Below are positions 52,291 through 64,000 of a stretch of 64,000 nt of DNA, in pieces. The first letter of the stretch is position 1. The number at the start of each line of letters is the position of its first letter. The DNA is from Octopus vulgaris. Lineage: Eukaryota. The DNA lies in the NCBI GenBank assembly GCA_951406725.2, contig OX597818.1, positions 77,562,001-77,626,000 of the forward strand. The letters are read 5' to 3'. Both the position numbers and the translations under genes were made by a program. The notes under the pieces were generated by a model. It worked only from the letters and a program-made list of their open reading frames with translations. It had not been told where the DNA came from and made no database searches.

Positions 52291-54448
52291 ACCAATGTAC
52301 TACAACCATTGGTTTGCAGATGTGATACTCTCTCTCTCTCTGGCCATTCTGTTATTATTACTCCAAACCTTAATCCTGTCAACTTGCAATATGAGCATCA
52401 TCTCCACCCACCCTATATCACTTACTCTTATCATCCTTACTTGTCTCAATTTCAAACTTAATACTAGAACTCTCTCTCTCCCCCAACATATTTTCCCAAT
52501 GGTCAATAATCTGCATGAGTTCAGCTTCATACTGGGAAAATCTACAATGGTTTGAGTGCTGTTCATCTTCTGAATTGTAGTAGTAATACTTTTCTAATTT
52601 TGACATAAGGCCAGCAATTTCAATGGGATGGGGGTCAAGTGGATTACACTAAGCCCTATACTTGACTGATTCTTTTTTTTTTTTTTTTTTTTTTTACTGT
52701 TCCTGAAAGAATGAAAGGCAAAAGTTGATTTAAGTTTTGTGTTCAAATCCTGACTTCAGCCTCACATTGAGATCGTTTGTGAAATACTTTTAAGTATATA
52801 AGACAATCTAAACAGACAAAACTCATTCTTTAGCTTCACTTTGATTAGTGTCAAGATGTATATACAGTCAGAACATGTCTGTCTTGGAATGATGTAAGCA
52901 TATGAATTTGTAGAGCTATGCAACTTACTATGCCAGCGAAGAGATATTGTTTCAAAACTTCAAAAACTTTGTAGTGGAGAAGAAATAGAAAAATATTAAA
53001 TTTCAAATTTCTGTTGGTGGTATTAATTAATCTTTGGGTTGATTTAATATAATTAGAAATATGATTTCTAAAATCCGCTATCAGATTTTTCATTCAATGA
53101 CAACTCAGCATTATTGCTTCACCCCCCCCCCCCCACCTACACACACACACACACACTTCTGTTTGGATTCCATTTCCATAACTTCAGTTATCAGAATGCA
53201 TCAGGCAATGCTGCCATTTCATGTTTAGCACATTTGGTACCACATTTCTGTTGAAATAGATTACCTTTCACTTAGTTTTTGAAAAATAATGGAGAATTTA
53301 GTAAAATAATTTTGTCATTATTAATCTGGTGTTTGGGGTATAAATGAGTGTGTTATTTATTCTGATGCAAAGTTATAACTTAGATCACTTTAAGATATAA
53401 TGCTTGTACCATATATTCAGGAGCAGTCTCAAGTGGGTTGACATCAAAAGAGTCAGTCAATATCTATTCATTAACAATCAGTAGAACTAAAATGACTTTA
53501 GATATTAATTAGTGATGAGCTGGCAAAAACATAAATATACAAATTAGGTATCCACTACAATGCTAGCTTAATTCATGACTGCTTTATTAGCAGCTGATCT
53601 GTACTGTTGATTGGAGAAGGAAACTGGGTATGTCATCTGAAAAGAGGCCAAAAAATCTCAGAAGGAGACTGTCTCCCTCTTTTTTCAAGGCATACAAAGA
53701 TATGTTTACGTTTTTATTTAAACCACAATGAGGCTTTGAAATGTTTTAATGTATTTCAGAATTTTATGTTTGTCTCATTTATTGTTCCTATGTGTCACCT
53801 GTTTTATCTGCATACTTACTTGTGTTTGTGTAAATCTTAGTGGTTCACAAAATATTTTTTCTATTGTTTACAATTATAACACACACACCCTACATACCAT
53901 TCTTCATTCACAGTAGTGTAGGTAATAAATTCTCCCTCCTGTGATTCATTATTACCCAGAGCAACATTCCTGGAATAAATACCATATAACTATACTTTTG
54001 AGTACAAACAGATATGTTTACTTTGATACCAAGGAAATTGTCTAACTTCTTCATATCTAACACATGCATGCATGCACACACACACACACGCACACTCTCT
54101 CTCTCTCTCTCTCATGTTGCTTCTACCTGACCAATTAGTATTTACTTTTCAATTAAAAACATCATTGGGCTGTAACATTTTTCATTAACCCATTTTTATA
54201 CAAGCCCACACATTATTGGTAAAATAGAACAAGTTAACAAGTATCTTAAAGCAGTACTTGTTATAAATAAGAAAACTGCAGCTAAGAATCAATCATCCTA
54301 TATGGATGAAATGTTCACCTTCAAAATGATCAAGAAAATAGAAAGTAGGCTTTGTATTTATTGCAAATAGTTGTCTGTCAATCTTCAACTCAGGTATTCC
54401 ATAACCCACTAACAATAAGATAGTAATTCATAACATTTACTGGTACTC

Positions 54449-54677
54449 TAACCCTTTTGATACACACCTGCCTGAGACTGCTTCTAGTTCTATGATACAT
54501 ACTTCCTGTTTTAAATAATCTTAATTAAAAACTTTCATAAAAATTTCATGTTAATTTATTTTCCAAACACCAGCTTAATGATGACAGAGTTTATTTTTAT
54601 AAATTCTGTATTATTTTCAAAATTAATTGGAACAAATGAAGTGTATTTCAACAGAAATATGGTCATGAAAGGGCTAA
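54449..54677 (+). mobile_element. piggyBac-type MITE (uninterrupted reference copy)
   Basis: taacccttttgatac ... gtcatgaaagggctaa termini; matches the two halves flanking 42172-43278. Confidence 0.65.
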
Positions 54678-54828
54678 TGATCTCTACTAGAAATTTATAT
54701 TTGCATATAATTTCTTTCAATAATATACTGATTTCCTTACCTTTCCATTTACTAATACTTATTGACTGCGATCGATAAATATGGCTGGGCACCAAATCAT
54801 TGGGCTAGAATGGTATTTCATATTTCTG

Positions 54829-54864
<36 letters not shown>

Positions 54865-54865
<1 letters not shown>

Positions 54866-56055
54866 AGGGTGCTGTGAATAAATTGTCATCTAAATTACGC
54901 AAAAATGAAAATAATACTGACATTTCATTTTAACATATATATTTACCAAAATTACATAAAAATATCATGAAATACAAGAGTAAACTTATTCAATAAAATT
55001 GCCATTGGCTTCAACTACGGCCTCCAGACAGCTTTGGAATCTCCTGCAACTCTTCTGGATGGTCTCCTTGTTTAAGTTGGTGAATGCTGCCATAATCTTT
55101 GCCTTCAGTTCATCTTTGGTGTTACAAGGAATTTTGTTGGTCTCTCACTCAACTGTGCCCTACACATAATAATCAAGGGGTTTGCAGTCTGGGGAGTTAG
55201 GTGGCCAGATGTTAGGAGTGATGTTGTTGAAGAAATTGTCTGACAGTCATGACTGGGTTCTCTTGCTTGTGTGGCATGGTGCAGAGTCCTGTTGCCATAC
55301 ATAGGGTTTTCCAGCAGCCACGCTCTTGACCCAGGGCAGCACTACCTCCTCCAGGCACTTGATGTAGGCCTCCATGTTGAGTCTGAGGCTGAGTGGGAAG
55401 ATGAATAGAGGCATAACATTGCCATCACTAATGATCATTCCCAACACTACGATGTCGACTAGATGTTTGATTTTTATCAATGTTTTGGAGGCATAGCAAT
55501 CCAATGGATGTTCTGTGTAGTCACCATCAATGTTAATTTTTTGTCTGAGAAAAACCAAAGTAGGTTTGGTCAGATGGGATGAAGAATACTGAATATCTTC
55601 ATGCACTACTTGCCTGATAAGTAACTCAGGCACTCTCTTGTCCCTGGTAACAGACCTGATTGACTTTGAGGGATTGTTGTCCATCAAGGCCTGGATCTCA
55701 CCAACAAATTCAGGAGTTCTTTTCTTATCAGAACAATCAGAGTGAGTTTTCTGAGCTGCCATACCTTCGTAATCACCATTAGGCTCATCCAACTCTTTCC
55801 GAATCCTCTGCACTGTCCCCAGATTGACACCCAAACACTCTAAAATGTTCATATTGGAGCTTCCGGTGCAAATGCCAAGCAGTACAGCATGTTGTTTCTA
55901 AATATCTGGCAGATTGAATTATGTCATAGTGCTGTTTTTCTTGCAGACGGTGCCCAAATGACTCTGCTATACTATGCAGTTAATAAAATAAAAAGCAAAC
56001 AATGCGCATGTGCAAAATTAAAAATATAAAATGGTGACAATTTACCCATCACACC

Positions 56056-56058
<3 letters not shown>
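54865..56058 (-). mobile_element. maT-family (DD37D) Tc1/mariner element, defective transposase ~55927-54986
   Basis: TA TSDs at 54863-64 and 56059-60; TIR cagggtgctgtgaataaattgtcatc / ggtgacaatttacccatcacaccctg; YVWQQDSAPCHTS...WPPNSPDCKPLDYY with 37 residues between the two Asp (manual count); ends LEAVVEANGNFIE*. Confidence 0.9.
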
Positions 56059-56097
<39 letters not shown>

Positions 56098-56624
56098 TCT
56101 TGACTTCAAACATTGTAAGTTGTGGAGATCCCTTTAAGCCTTTAGTCTTGCAAGTTGTAAGGTACCTTACAAGTGCTGTTGCTATGAAAAAGGGCACTTT
56201 GTATAGTCTGTTAAATTGTTGGCATTAGGAAGGGCATCCAGCCATAGAAACCATGCTAAATCAAACATTGGGGCATGATGCAGTCACCTGACTTACCAGA
56301 ACCTGTTGAACTGTATACCTGCTGCCAGCATAGAAAGTGATGATGGTGATCAAGTAACTTTGTTAATTCTCCTTCCCCTTTGAAACTAATAAAGATAATG
56401 GCAAACAGGTAAAATGAGGTGAGTTTAATGAACTATAGCCATATCCTATAAATCTATAGCCTTCTGTCAATAAGTTATTGATTTTAAAATGTCATGGTTA
56501 AATCTGGGAAGAAGTTATGCTGATACATTTATCTTCATAAGCCAAAACGAAACTGACATTAATGACATCTTTTGAAAAAAAGGTGATTTTTTTCACAAGT
56601 TTTCTTATTTCATTTTATTCTTCA

Positions 56625-57053
56625 CTAGCAGTATAGCCCGGCGTTACTCGGGTTTGTTTTTTAGTTGCGCTTAAAACGGCAGACTTTGATGTTGTGTTAA
56701 CAAAGTTTTGACTTAGTTTCAATCTTTTTTTAAAGATTACATTATGTAGCCTCTCTTTAAGTGAACATTTTTCTGGTTGAAATACACCAAAAAATGGCAA
56801 CACAGCAGTCAAAAAATCATAAAAAATAGGGATTTTCATAGAAAAAAAAGCACCTTTTTGATGTAAATAATTTTTGGTGTTAACATGGCCCGATTTGAAT
56901 TTTTTCTTCTACGGAATGAAGAGCAAGCCTTCTATCATACTCTCAATTTTGGTCAACTTGCGCCGCAGGGTCTCAGAGGAGATAGTGTTAGTTGAAGGCT
57001 ACCAAACCTGCCACACACACACACACACACAACTTCAGCTTTATATGTAAACA
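56625..57053 (-). mobile_element. Non-autonomous Helitron
   Basis: a-ctagcagtatagcccggcgttactcggg is the reverse complement of the hairpin-CTAG terminus at 39690/40875; far end gctttatatgtaaaca is a decayed 5' end. Confidence 0.7.
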
Positions 57054-57287
57054 TATAAATTCAAGTGGAATGAAAAAGAAAACCATCATTATGAAAATTG
57101 TTTATATAATTTTTGGTGCAGATGGTTTTCTTGCTTTTCTCCATTTGTTGTATCAAGTTCATTGTATCTTTTTGGATAAACATGTCAGAGGTAGACAAGC
57201 ATCTCACAGGTTTACCAGATCCAGAATTACTTAACTTTCAATTTATTTGTTTGTTAATTTATTTTATTTATTTTCTTCTTCTTGCAG

Positions 57288-57403
57288 CTGGTTCTTATGT
57301 TGCACTCACATTACTGGGGAAATCTCAAGGACAGATAAAAGCTATGGAGTCTAAAGAGAATTCCAGTTCAAGTCACCGTATAACTGCTCCACGCCCTGTT
57401 GAT
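57288..57403 (+). CDS. ARHGEF12: Internal coding exon of a PDZ-RhoGEF (ARHGEF11/ARHGEF12/RhoGEF2-type), end of the PDZ domain
   Basis: Strong acceptor ttttcttcttcttgcag| and donor |gtaagt; 116 nt, phase 1 to phase 0; translates (x)GSYVALTLLGKSQ...HRITAPRPVD, matching from memory LARG SGSYVALTVQG and PDZ-RhoGEF SGAYVALTLLG..ITGPKP. The symbol means co-orthologue of ARHGEF11/12. Confidence 0.82.
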
Positions 57404-57529
57404 GTAAGTTAATTTACTTGGTAGCTTCTAATTATTTGTGTGTGTGTCTCTCTATATATATCCAATATTTCTTAATCTACTCCACACCTAAATTAATATT
57501 TGAATTCTTCATGTCTAGTTAATGATATT

Positions 57530-57800
57530 ATAGCTCTGGGCTGACTAATGACTTGAGAGTGAATTTGGTAGACAGAAACTCTGTGGAAGTCTGTCATAAA
57601 TGTGTGTCTTTGTCCCCTCCCCCTACTATTTGCTTTGTTTATATCCCCATAACTTAGTGGTCCAGCAGAAGAAACCAACAGAATCCATTCCATACTTTAA
57701 AAAAAATAAGTACCAGGGTCATTTTATTCAGCTAAACCTTTCATGGTGGTGCCCCAGCATGACTGCAATCCAATGACTGAAACAAGTAAAAGATAAAAGA
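57530..57800 (+). mobile_element. CORE-type SINE, 5'-truncated
   Basis: ggtggtgccccagcatgactgcaatccaatgactgaaacaagtaaaagataaaaga tail. Confidence 0.7.
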
Positions 57801-57853
57801 AGAAAGGTCTCACAATATTTATGTATTTGCTAAAATTGTACATAGGTCTGTAG

Positions 57854-58174
57854 CAGGGCTGGCCGGCCTGAGGCCTGCAGCCTGCAGACTTTTATCGTGA
57901 TACTTTCTTGAAATGAATTTATTTAAACAAATATTTTTAAAATCTTATCAGAAATTAAAGATTGTAATGAAAAGTACAAAAAAAAAAAAAAAAAGAAGAT
58001 ACTACTGTTTTTGCTATGATAATATTTCATATTGAATCAACAATCATACATTCATTATTGTAATAATATCATGAGAAAACAAAATGCTTTCAATTCTGTC
58101 AGTATACAAGCGGCCCTCAAAAAACTTTCACTGATTAAAGTAGCCTGCAATGTAATTCGAGTTGGCCAGGTCTG
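57854..58174. mobile_element. hAT/Charlie-type MITE
   Basis: TIR cagggctggcc / ggccaggtctg; imperfect 8-bp TSD gtctgtag / gtctatgg; gcggccc-like subterminal motifs. Confidence 0.65.
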
Positions 58175-59350
58175 GTCTATGGTATGTTTTTATGTATTAG
58201 TCAAAAGAGGAGTGGTTAGTGTTCATGGCTTCAGCAGGCCCTCCCTCATTGTTGAAGATGTTTTCTATAAGTAAAAAAAATACTCTTGGCAAGTTAGTTA
58301 CTACTTGAAGATTTGTTTCCAGTAGAAAAGATTTGTTTTTCACAGTGAGTTTGTTAGTATTTAAAGATTTCTTTTTTCCAGTAGATAAGGGTAAATTATC
58401 CATGTACTTCAAGGTCCTCCCAGATGTGTCCTCACCACTATTTTGTCTCTTTTCTGCTCCATCCATATCACCCTCTCACTTGGAATGTAAGTAGTGACAT
58501 AATCTGTTTACAGCAAGAAATCTGTTAAGTTTTAGCCCATTCTCTTGTACTTTAAACCCCTCATCTCCTAGCATAAAGCTACTTCTCTTTGGGATTCATA
58601 GTTTTGCAAGCTCCATGGCAACTTCACTTGTGCTGGTGGCATGAAAAAAGCACCCAGTACACTATGTAAAGTAGGTGGTCTTAGGAAGGGCATCCAGCCA
58701 TAAAAACTGTAATAAAGTAGGTAGTTGAGCCCTATGCACTCCTTAGACCTGTCAGATCTTGTCAAAACCCCCTAACCCATGCCAGCATAGAATGTGGACA
58801 TTAAATAATGATGATGGGGGATACTGCTGCTGTTACTGGCAATGATAATTATGATGTTTCTGTTAGCGTATTACAGTTCTGTTTGTTTACCTTGGATTCA
58901 AAATGTTTCTTCCACATCATTTTGTGTAGTTGACCAGATGTAACATTTCCAGAGAACAATTCAAACAACTTTACAAGTTGACGACCTACAAGATAAACTG
59001 GTGGTAAAAACTAGATAATGTTTCTTTTTGAATCAGGTGAAAATAATTAGGTTCTTGATGGTTGTGGGAAGGAAAAAATGTGAAATAATCAGCATAATTG
59101 TTTGCTTATCACCAAGGTATCATTTTCTTGAGACAAAGTCAATCCAGCTTTGAAAATTGCTTCACAAAAATAGTTGTGAACATAGTAAGGCTTATGAAAT
59201 GAAATGCATATGAATTTTGTATTTGAAAGGTTCTGGGCATAGAAATTCCTAAATACATTAACCCTTTGACATTCAGATTACTTTATCAAATATCAAGCTT
59301 ATATATTCACATTTGTTTTGAATTAATCATACATTATTGTTTAGGTGTGA

Positions 59351-59682
59351 AGGCACGTGGCTCAGTGGTTAGAGCGTCGAGCTTATGATTGTGAGGTTGT
59401 GAGCTTGAATCTCGGACCGGGCTGCATGTTGAGCAAGACACTTTATTTCATGTTGCTCCAGTTCACTCAGCTGTAGAAATGAGTTGCAACGTCACATGTG
59501 CCAAGCTGCATTGACCTTTGCCTTTCCCTTGGATAACACTGGTGGTGTGAAGTGGGGAGGCCGGTAAGCATGGGCGACTGCTGGTCTTCCATAAACAACC
59601 TTGCCTGGACCTGTGCTTGGGAGAGTTACTTTCTAGGTGCAATCCCATGGTCAGTCATAACCGAAGGGGACCTCAGAGATTC
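59351..59682 (+). mobile_element. tRNA-derived SINE inserted in a piggyBac-type MITE (59258-59822)
   Basis: gtggctcagtggttagagcg A box; TSD tttaggtgtga (59340-50) / tttgggtgtga (59683-93); flanks rejoin into the ttaaccctt..aaagagttaa MITE. Confidence 0.75.
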
Positions 59683-61555
59683 TTTGGGTGTGAGATTTCA
59701 GTGATATGGTTGTTTATTTTTAGAATAACGTTGTAGGGCAGGTATGAAAGGCCAGATTTGGTCAGTTTGAATGTAAAACAGAATATTGAGGCTGAATATG
59801 GCTGATTATGTTAAAGAGTTAAAATAACTTTAAACATAACTGGAAAGAATACTAGATTCTTCAAGCCTTATAAATGTTCACAGCATGTAGTATATGTGCT
59901 GTATGAATGCCAAAAGAAATGCATTTGTATCAACCATAATTTCCACACATTGAGAAAAAAACACAAACAAATATCCTAACTCTTAGAGTAAATATAGTCT
60001 GTTTGTTTCCTCAAAGTTATCAGATTCATTTTCATGTTCTGAAAATGAAAATGCAATCATCTGAATGTAATGTAGGCACAAATTAGAAATGACATATCAG
60101 TTTTGTAGCTTTGTATCCAAAATCTAAGTTGTAGAAAATATCTTAATGTTGGCATATCCAAGAGTGAATCTCTGTTGTTGCTGTTTACATTGGTGAGAGG
60201 TGGTTGAGCACCATTTACAAATATTTTACCTTTAGCAGACTCTTCATTCTTTTTGCCAATGTTGGCAGCAAGTATGGTGTTATCAACATTAGTATTTGGT
60301 TGGTCTGATTCCAACTACTTACGATATTTACAACTAGTATTTCCATTCAAATTATTTACCAGAAATTTTTCTTCTTCTTTCCCCCCCCCCCCCACTTTCT
60401 TTGTAAGTTCCTCATTTTCTGTGTTTTTATTTGTAAGATATCCACGAAAATGTATGTTCTGATAGTCAAGTTCACTTTTCTTCTGGGTCTAGTTGAAGGA
60501 TCATTTTTTTTTTTTTTTTAAGTTTAATAAGTCAAATTACTTGAGCTGAATTCATTCATAGCATGAACAACCATAGCTGCCACTTTTCAACACTTTCTAC
60601 CATTTTTCAAATAAGTATCACTCATTTGAAGCTATGTGTTTTTGGCATTTGTAAACAACTTGATGTATCTTACAAAGCTCTTCTACAAATTCTTTTACAT
60701 GCCCTCTTTTTTTCAGCTGTTTGTCAAAGCTGAGCCGTTGCTGCCTTCTGAATTTTGATTTAAAAAATACTTTTCTGTTATTGTTATTGGTATATTTTTG
60801 AGTTCTAGCCAAATAAATTTTTTAGTTGAGAAAAAAATTTCCAACTAAGATTTTCAAATTCATTGTGTGAAGCAATAAATAGGATTATGTATCATATTTA
60901 TTGCAAATGGCTGCCAGTCTTCAACTAAGGGATCACAAAGTGAATCAAGACCAGAAGTAGCAATTTGTAATATTCAGTGGTGCTTTAAACATTCAGTCTT
61001 TCCTGTGCAACAGCGCTCAACATAAAAATAGTGTTAAATATGGTAACCAGGAAGGAAACCAGTCACCTTGTGTATCTAATTTTGAGTGGGTTTATCATGA
61101 GAAAAAAAACAAACAAAAAACACTTCAGTATTTTTGTAAAATGTTTTACTCATTTCAAGTGTAATAATTATTCAGCTTTCACTTGGATAGTACATATACA
61201 GTGTCTGTTTTGAAAATATATAAGGTATTAAATGAAGGCTGTATTGGCATCTGCTGGGATAGAAAGGTTTTACAAGTGAACTTCAATACTCTTAGATTTT
61301 TTTTACCTTCATTGTTTCAATATGTTCAAGAATTAACATTTGGGTTTGAAAAGTAAAGATGAATAATTTATTTGTTTAATTTTGGACCTCAGTGTCAGTA
61401 CATATTTCCTGAATTTATGTTATTTCTTGTTTCTGGAAAGTAGTAAGAAAGATATCCCTTGCTACAGCATTCTCTGTTGTTTTTTCAAAAGTGTAATCCC
61501 AGCTCCACTAACATGCATTATTATGTCATTAGTCTGACGTCCACTTACACTGCTG

Positions 61556-61598
<43 letters not shown>

Positions 61599-62140
61599 TC
61601 TAGTTGTGCATATAAAAAAATGTCACCTTTGTTAGACTGTGATATTGACTCACATCATGCACATCTAAGTCTTGGTTGTGGAGTGTCTGGTTAAAAGAAA
61701 ACATGAAATAATTCTCAGTTTCCACAGACATACTTGCATACTATTCTCTTCAAGAAACATGTAATTAATTTCAGAAATTTTTGATGTTTTTCCAACTGGT
61801 TCTAATTGATATCCAACCCTTTAGTTTATTAGATTACATTAAAGATCATATACGGCTTGATATTTTTCCAACATTTTTACTACTTTATGTACTACAGAAG
61901 CAAAGTAGGGATATTTGTTGCTCTATTGTTTTATTTAACCAATATTTTGCAAATTGGACAAGAGCAAAGGAAAATTTTTTTTTGTTTGGTTATTATTCAT
62001 AATTGCTTTTAGGATAAATATTGCTTAGTAATTTCAGCATTCATACTAAATTTCTACTTTCACACTCCACTAGTTCATTAGTAGAGTTTTCTTATTGACT
62101 AACTTTTGGGAACTCAAGATTTTATTATTTACCCCTACTT

Positions 62141-62360
62141 TAAGGCGTCGAGCTGGCAGAAACATTAGCACGCTGGGCAAAATGCTTAGTGATATTTTGT
62201 TTATCTTTACGTTCTGAGTTCAAATTCTGTTGAGCTCAGCTTTGCCTTTCATCCTTTCAGGGTTGATAAATTAAGTACCAGTTGCATACTGGGGTAAATC
62301 TAATCAACTGGCTCTCTCCCCCAAAATTTTGGGTCTTGTGCCTAGAGTAGAAAAGATTAT
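62141..62360 (+). mobile_element. Nin/Deu-domain SINE, full length
   Basis: aggcgtcgagctggcagaaacattagcacgc...gagttcaaattc...gcctttcatcctttcagggttgataaattaagtaccag...ttgtgcctagagtagaaaagattat. Confidence 0.8.
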
Positions 62361-62384
62361 TTACTCCTACTTTACATTAATCTT

Positions 62385-62722
62385 TTTATCTCTTACTTGT
62401 TTCATTCATTGGACTGCAGCCATTCTGGGGCACCACTCTAAAGGGTTTAGTTAAAGAAACGTTGTACTTATTTTATTAGTCTGGTACTTTTTCTGTCAAT
62501 CTGTTTTGCTGAACCATTAAGTTACAGGGATGTAAACAAATCAATAACAGTTGTCAAACAGTGCCAGGTGACAAAGATGCAAACACTTATATAAATGTGT
62601 ACACACACACACACACATACACACACACATGATGGGCTTCCATACATTTTCCATGTGCAAATTCATTCAACAAGGCATAAGTCAACCTGGAGCTATAGTA
62701 GAAGACTCTTGCCCAAGGTGCC
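62385..62722 (-). mobile_element. CORE-type SINE interrupted by the Gypsy LTR
   Basis: Family sequence stops abruptly at cccaaggtgcc, where other copies continue into the tRNA head. Confidence 0.75.
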
Positions 62723-62857
62723 TGTAATGTATAACCAGTAAATCCTAGTTCAAAGAAACTAATTTTTAGTCATAGTCCTGTATATTATTCTGAATGGCTG
62801 TTCTCTCTCTTCTTGACAAATGCACATGCTCTTTATATCAACATTATTTGCATAGCA
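62723..62857 (-). repeat. Putative 3' LTR (135 bp) of the Gypsy element
   Basis: Minus strand TGctatg...cattaCA termini, immediately preceded by purine tract aggagggagtgaa (62858-62870); internal tataaa. Confidence 0.6.
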
Positions 62858-62870
62858 TTCACTCCCTCCT

Positions 62871-64000
62871 AGAAAAAGTTAAAAAAAGTCATAGCCTTTC
62901 CGGGGCTTTCTGATTCCTTTGTGTTCAATGCAGCTGAGGGGATTCTTCTTTTTGTTCTTGATGGTTATCTCTAGGAGGAGGAGAAATTTCAATTGGCTCT
63001 CTGTCTGGCTCTTGAGGGACAAATATTTGGGTTAGGTTATCAGTTGGGTGGTGCCAATTGTTTTGTGGATACTGTGGTTTCGCAACTGTCTGGGTAACAG
63101 ACGTGAGCGTATTGGGGGTTGGCTTCGATTAAATCATCTTGGTCCATGATAGGGTCATACTTGTTAATGTGATTGTTCCTTTGAACACGTGCAGGTCCTG
63201 GGTTAAGAAACCATGTTGGCATCAATGTTTCCTGTTGCTGAATGTCTTTGATAATTAAAAAGACGTTCATGAGGAGTGGTGTTAGTGAATGTACAAAGTA
63301 GAGATCTGATTGAATGCAACACATCTGGAAGAACTGTTTTCCATGAAGATACTGGAAGGGCACAGGTTTTCAAAGAGAGTCGTACTGACTTCTAAATAAT
63401 ACCATTATATCTTTCTACTTGACTGTTCCCAGAGGGATTGTATGGTGTCGTCCTATTCATTGCAATGTCCTTACTGAGGAGCCGTTCTCTCAATCTTGTA
63501 GACATAAAGGCAGTTCTACGATCGGAATGTACATAACTGGGCATACCAAAAACTGAGAACAAGTCTGTAAGACACTTTATTACAGTCTGAGCTGATGTGT
63601 CAGATACTGGATAACCAAACGGAAATTGAGAGTATTCATCAACTATTGTTAGGAGATAAGGATGCTTCTTGGAAGGAATCGGACCTTTGAAATTGATGGA
63701 AATTCGCTCAAAGGGCTGCATGGCCTTAGTTAAGTTAACTGAGTCTGGTTTATAATATTGTGGTTTCACTTCTTGACATATAGAGCAATTTCTACATATT
63801 TGTTTCACATTCTCTAACGAATATGGAAGATTTCTACTGCAGATGAAATGATAAAGGTGTACTACACCAGGATGGCACAGTGCTGCATGTAACTCATAAA
63901 GCGAATGTGAACTGATTGCTGAACAGCGTAACCTTGTGAATGCATCCGGAGTGCTGTTGCTGGATCCTGGGTAATTGTGAATATCATATGAGTAAGGAGA
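62871..64000 (-). pseudogene. Ty3/Gypsy pol 3' part: RNase H end and integrase (HHCC + DDE), with stops and frameshifts
   Basis: PYSYDIHNYPGSSNSTPDAFTR; LHAALCHPGV..CRNCSICQEVK; PFERISINFKGP; LTIVDEYSQFPF; FGMPSYVHSD; TTPYNPSGNSQVERYNGII; ANPQYAHV..ETTVSTKQLAP. Confidence 0.92.

Noticed and set aside
58953-59003. Possible next RhoGEF exon (RTIQTTLQVDDLQDKLV)
   Set aside because: Weak donor (gtaaaa) and no clear homology; cannot be supported without RNA data.
59351-59425. tRNA gene
   Set aside because: Decayed B box and continuation into a SINE body with TSDs; it is a SINE head, like the other tRNA-like heads here.

Overview
Eukaryotic, AT-rich, microsatellite- and transposon-saturated DNA. 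The SINE families and (TA)n/(TG)n arrays are typical of Octopus (my recognition; no search run). I found one convincing host-gene exon (57288-57403, + strand), encoding the end of the PDZ domain of a PDZ-RhoGEF (ARHGEF11/ARHGEF12/RhoGEF2-type), so most of the window is probably intronic. The centre holds a ~4.5 kb alternating purine-pyrimidine array followed by a young, near-intact CR1-like LINE. Its ORF1 is unusual (Myb/SANT-like domain, poly-Q, two CCCH zinc fingers) and ends at a candidate frameshift site in register with the APE-RT ORF2. Across a 100-N gap lies a second CR1 3' fragment whose 3' tail matches the tail of the dominant SINE. Also present: Penelope-like termini carrying three kinds of minimal hammerhead ribozyme motif (one with a compensatory G3:C8 core), Tc1 (DD36E-like), maT (DD37D) and mariner fold-back remnants, nested piggyBac elements, tandem Helitrons, hAT MITEs, a 1.43 kb tandem duplication and the 3' end of a Gypsy LTR element. 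All coordinates and alignments were read by eye; ends of degenerate repeats are approximate.
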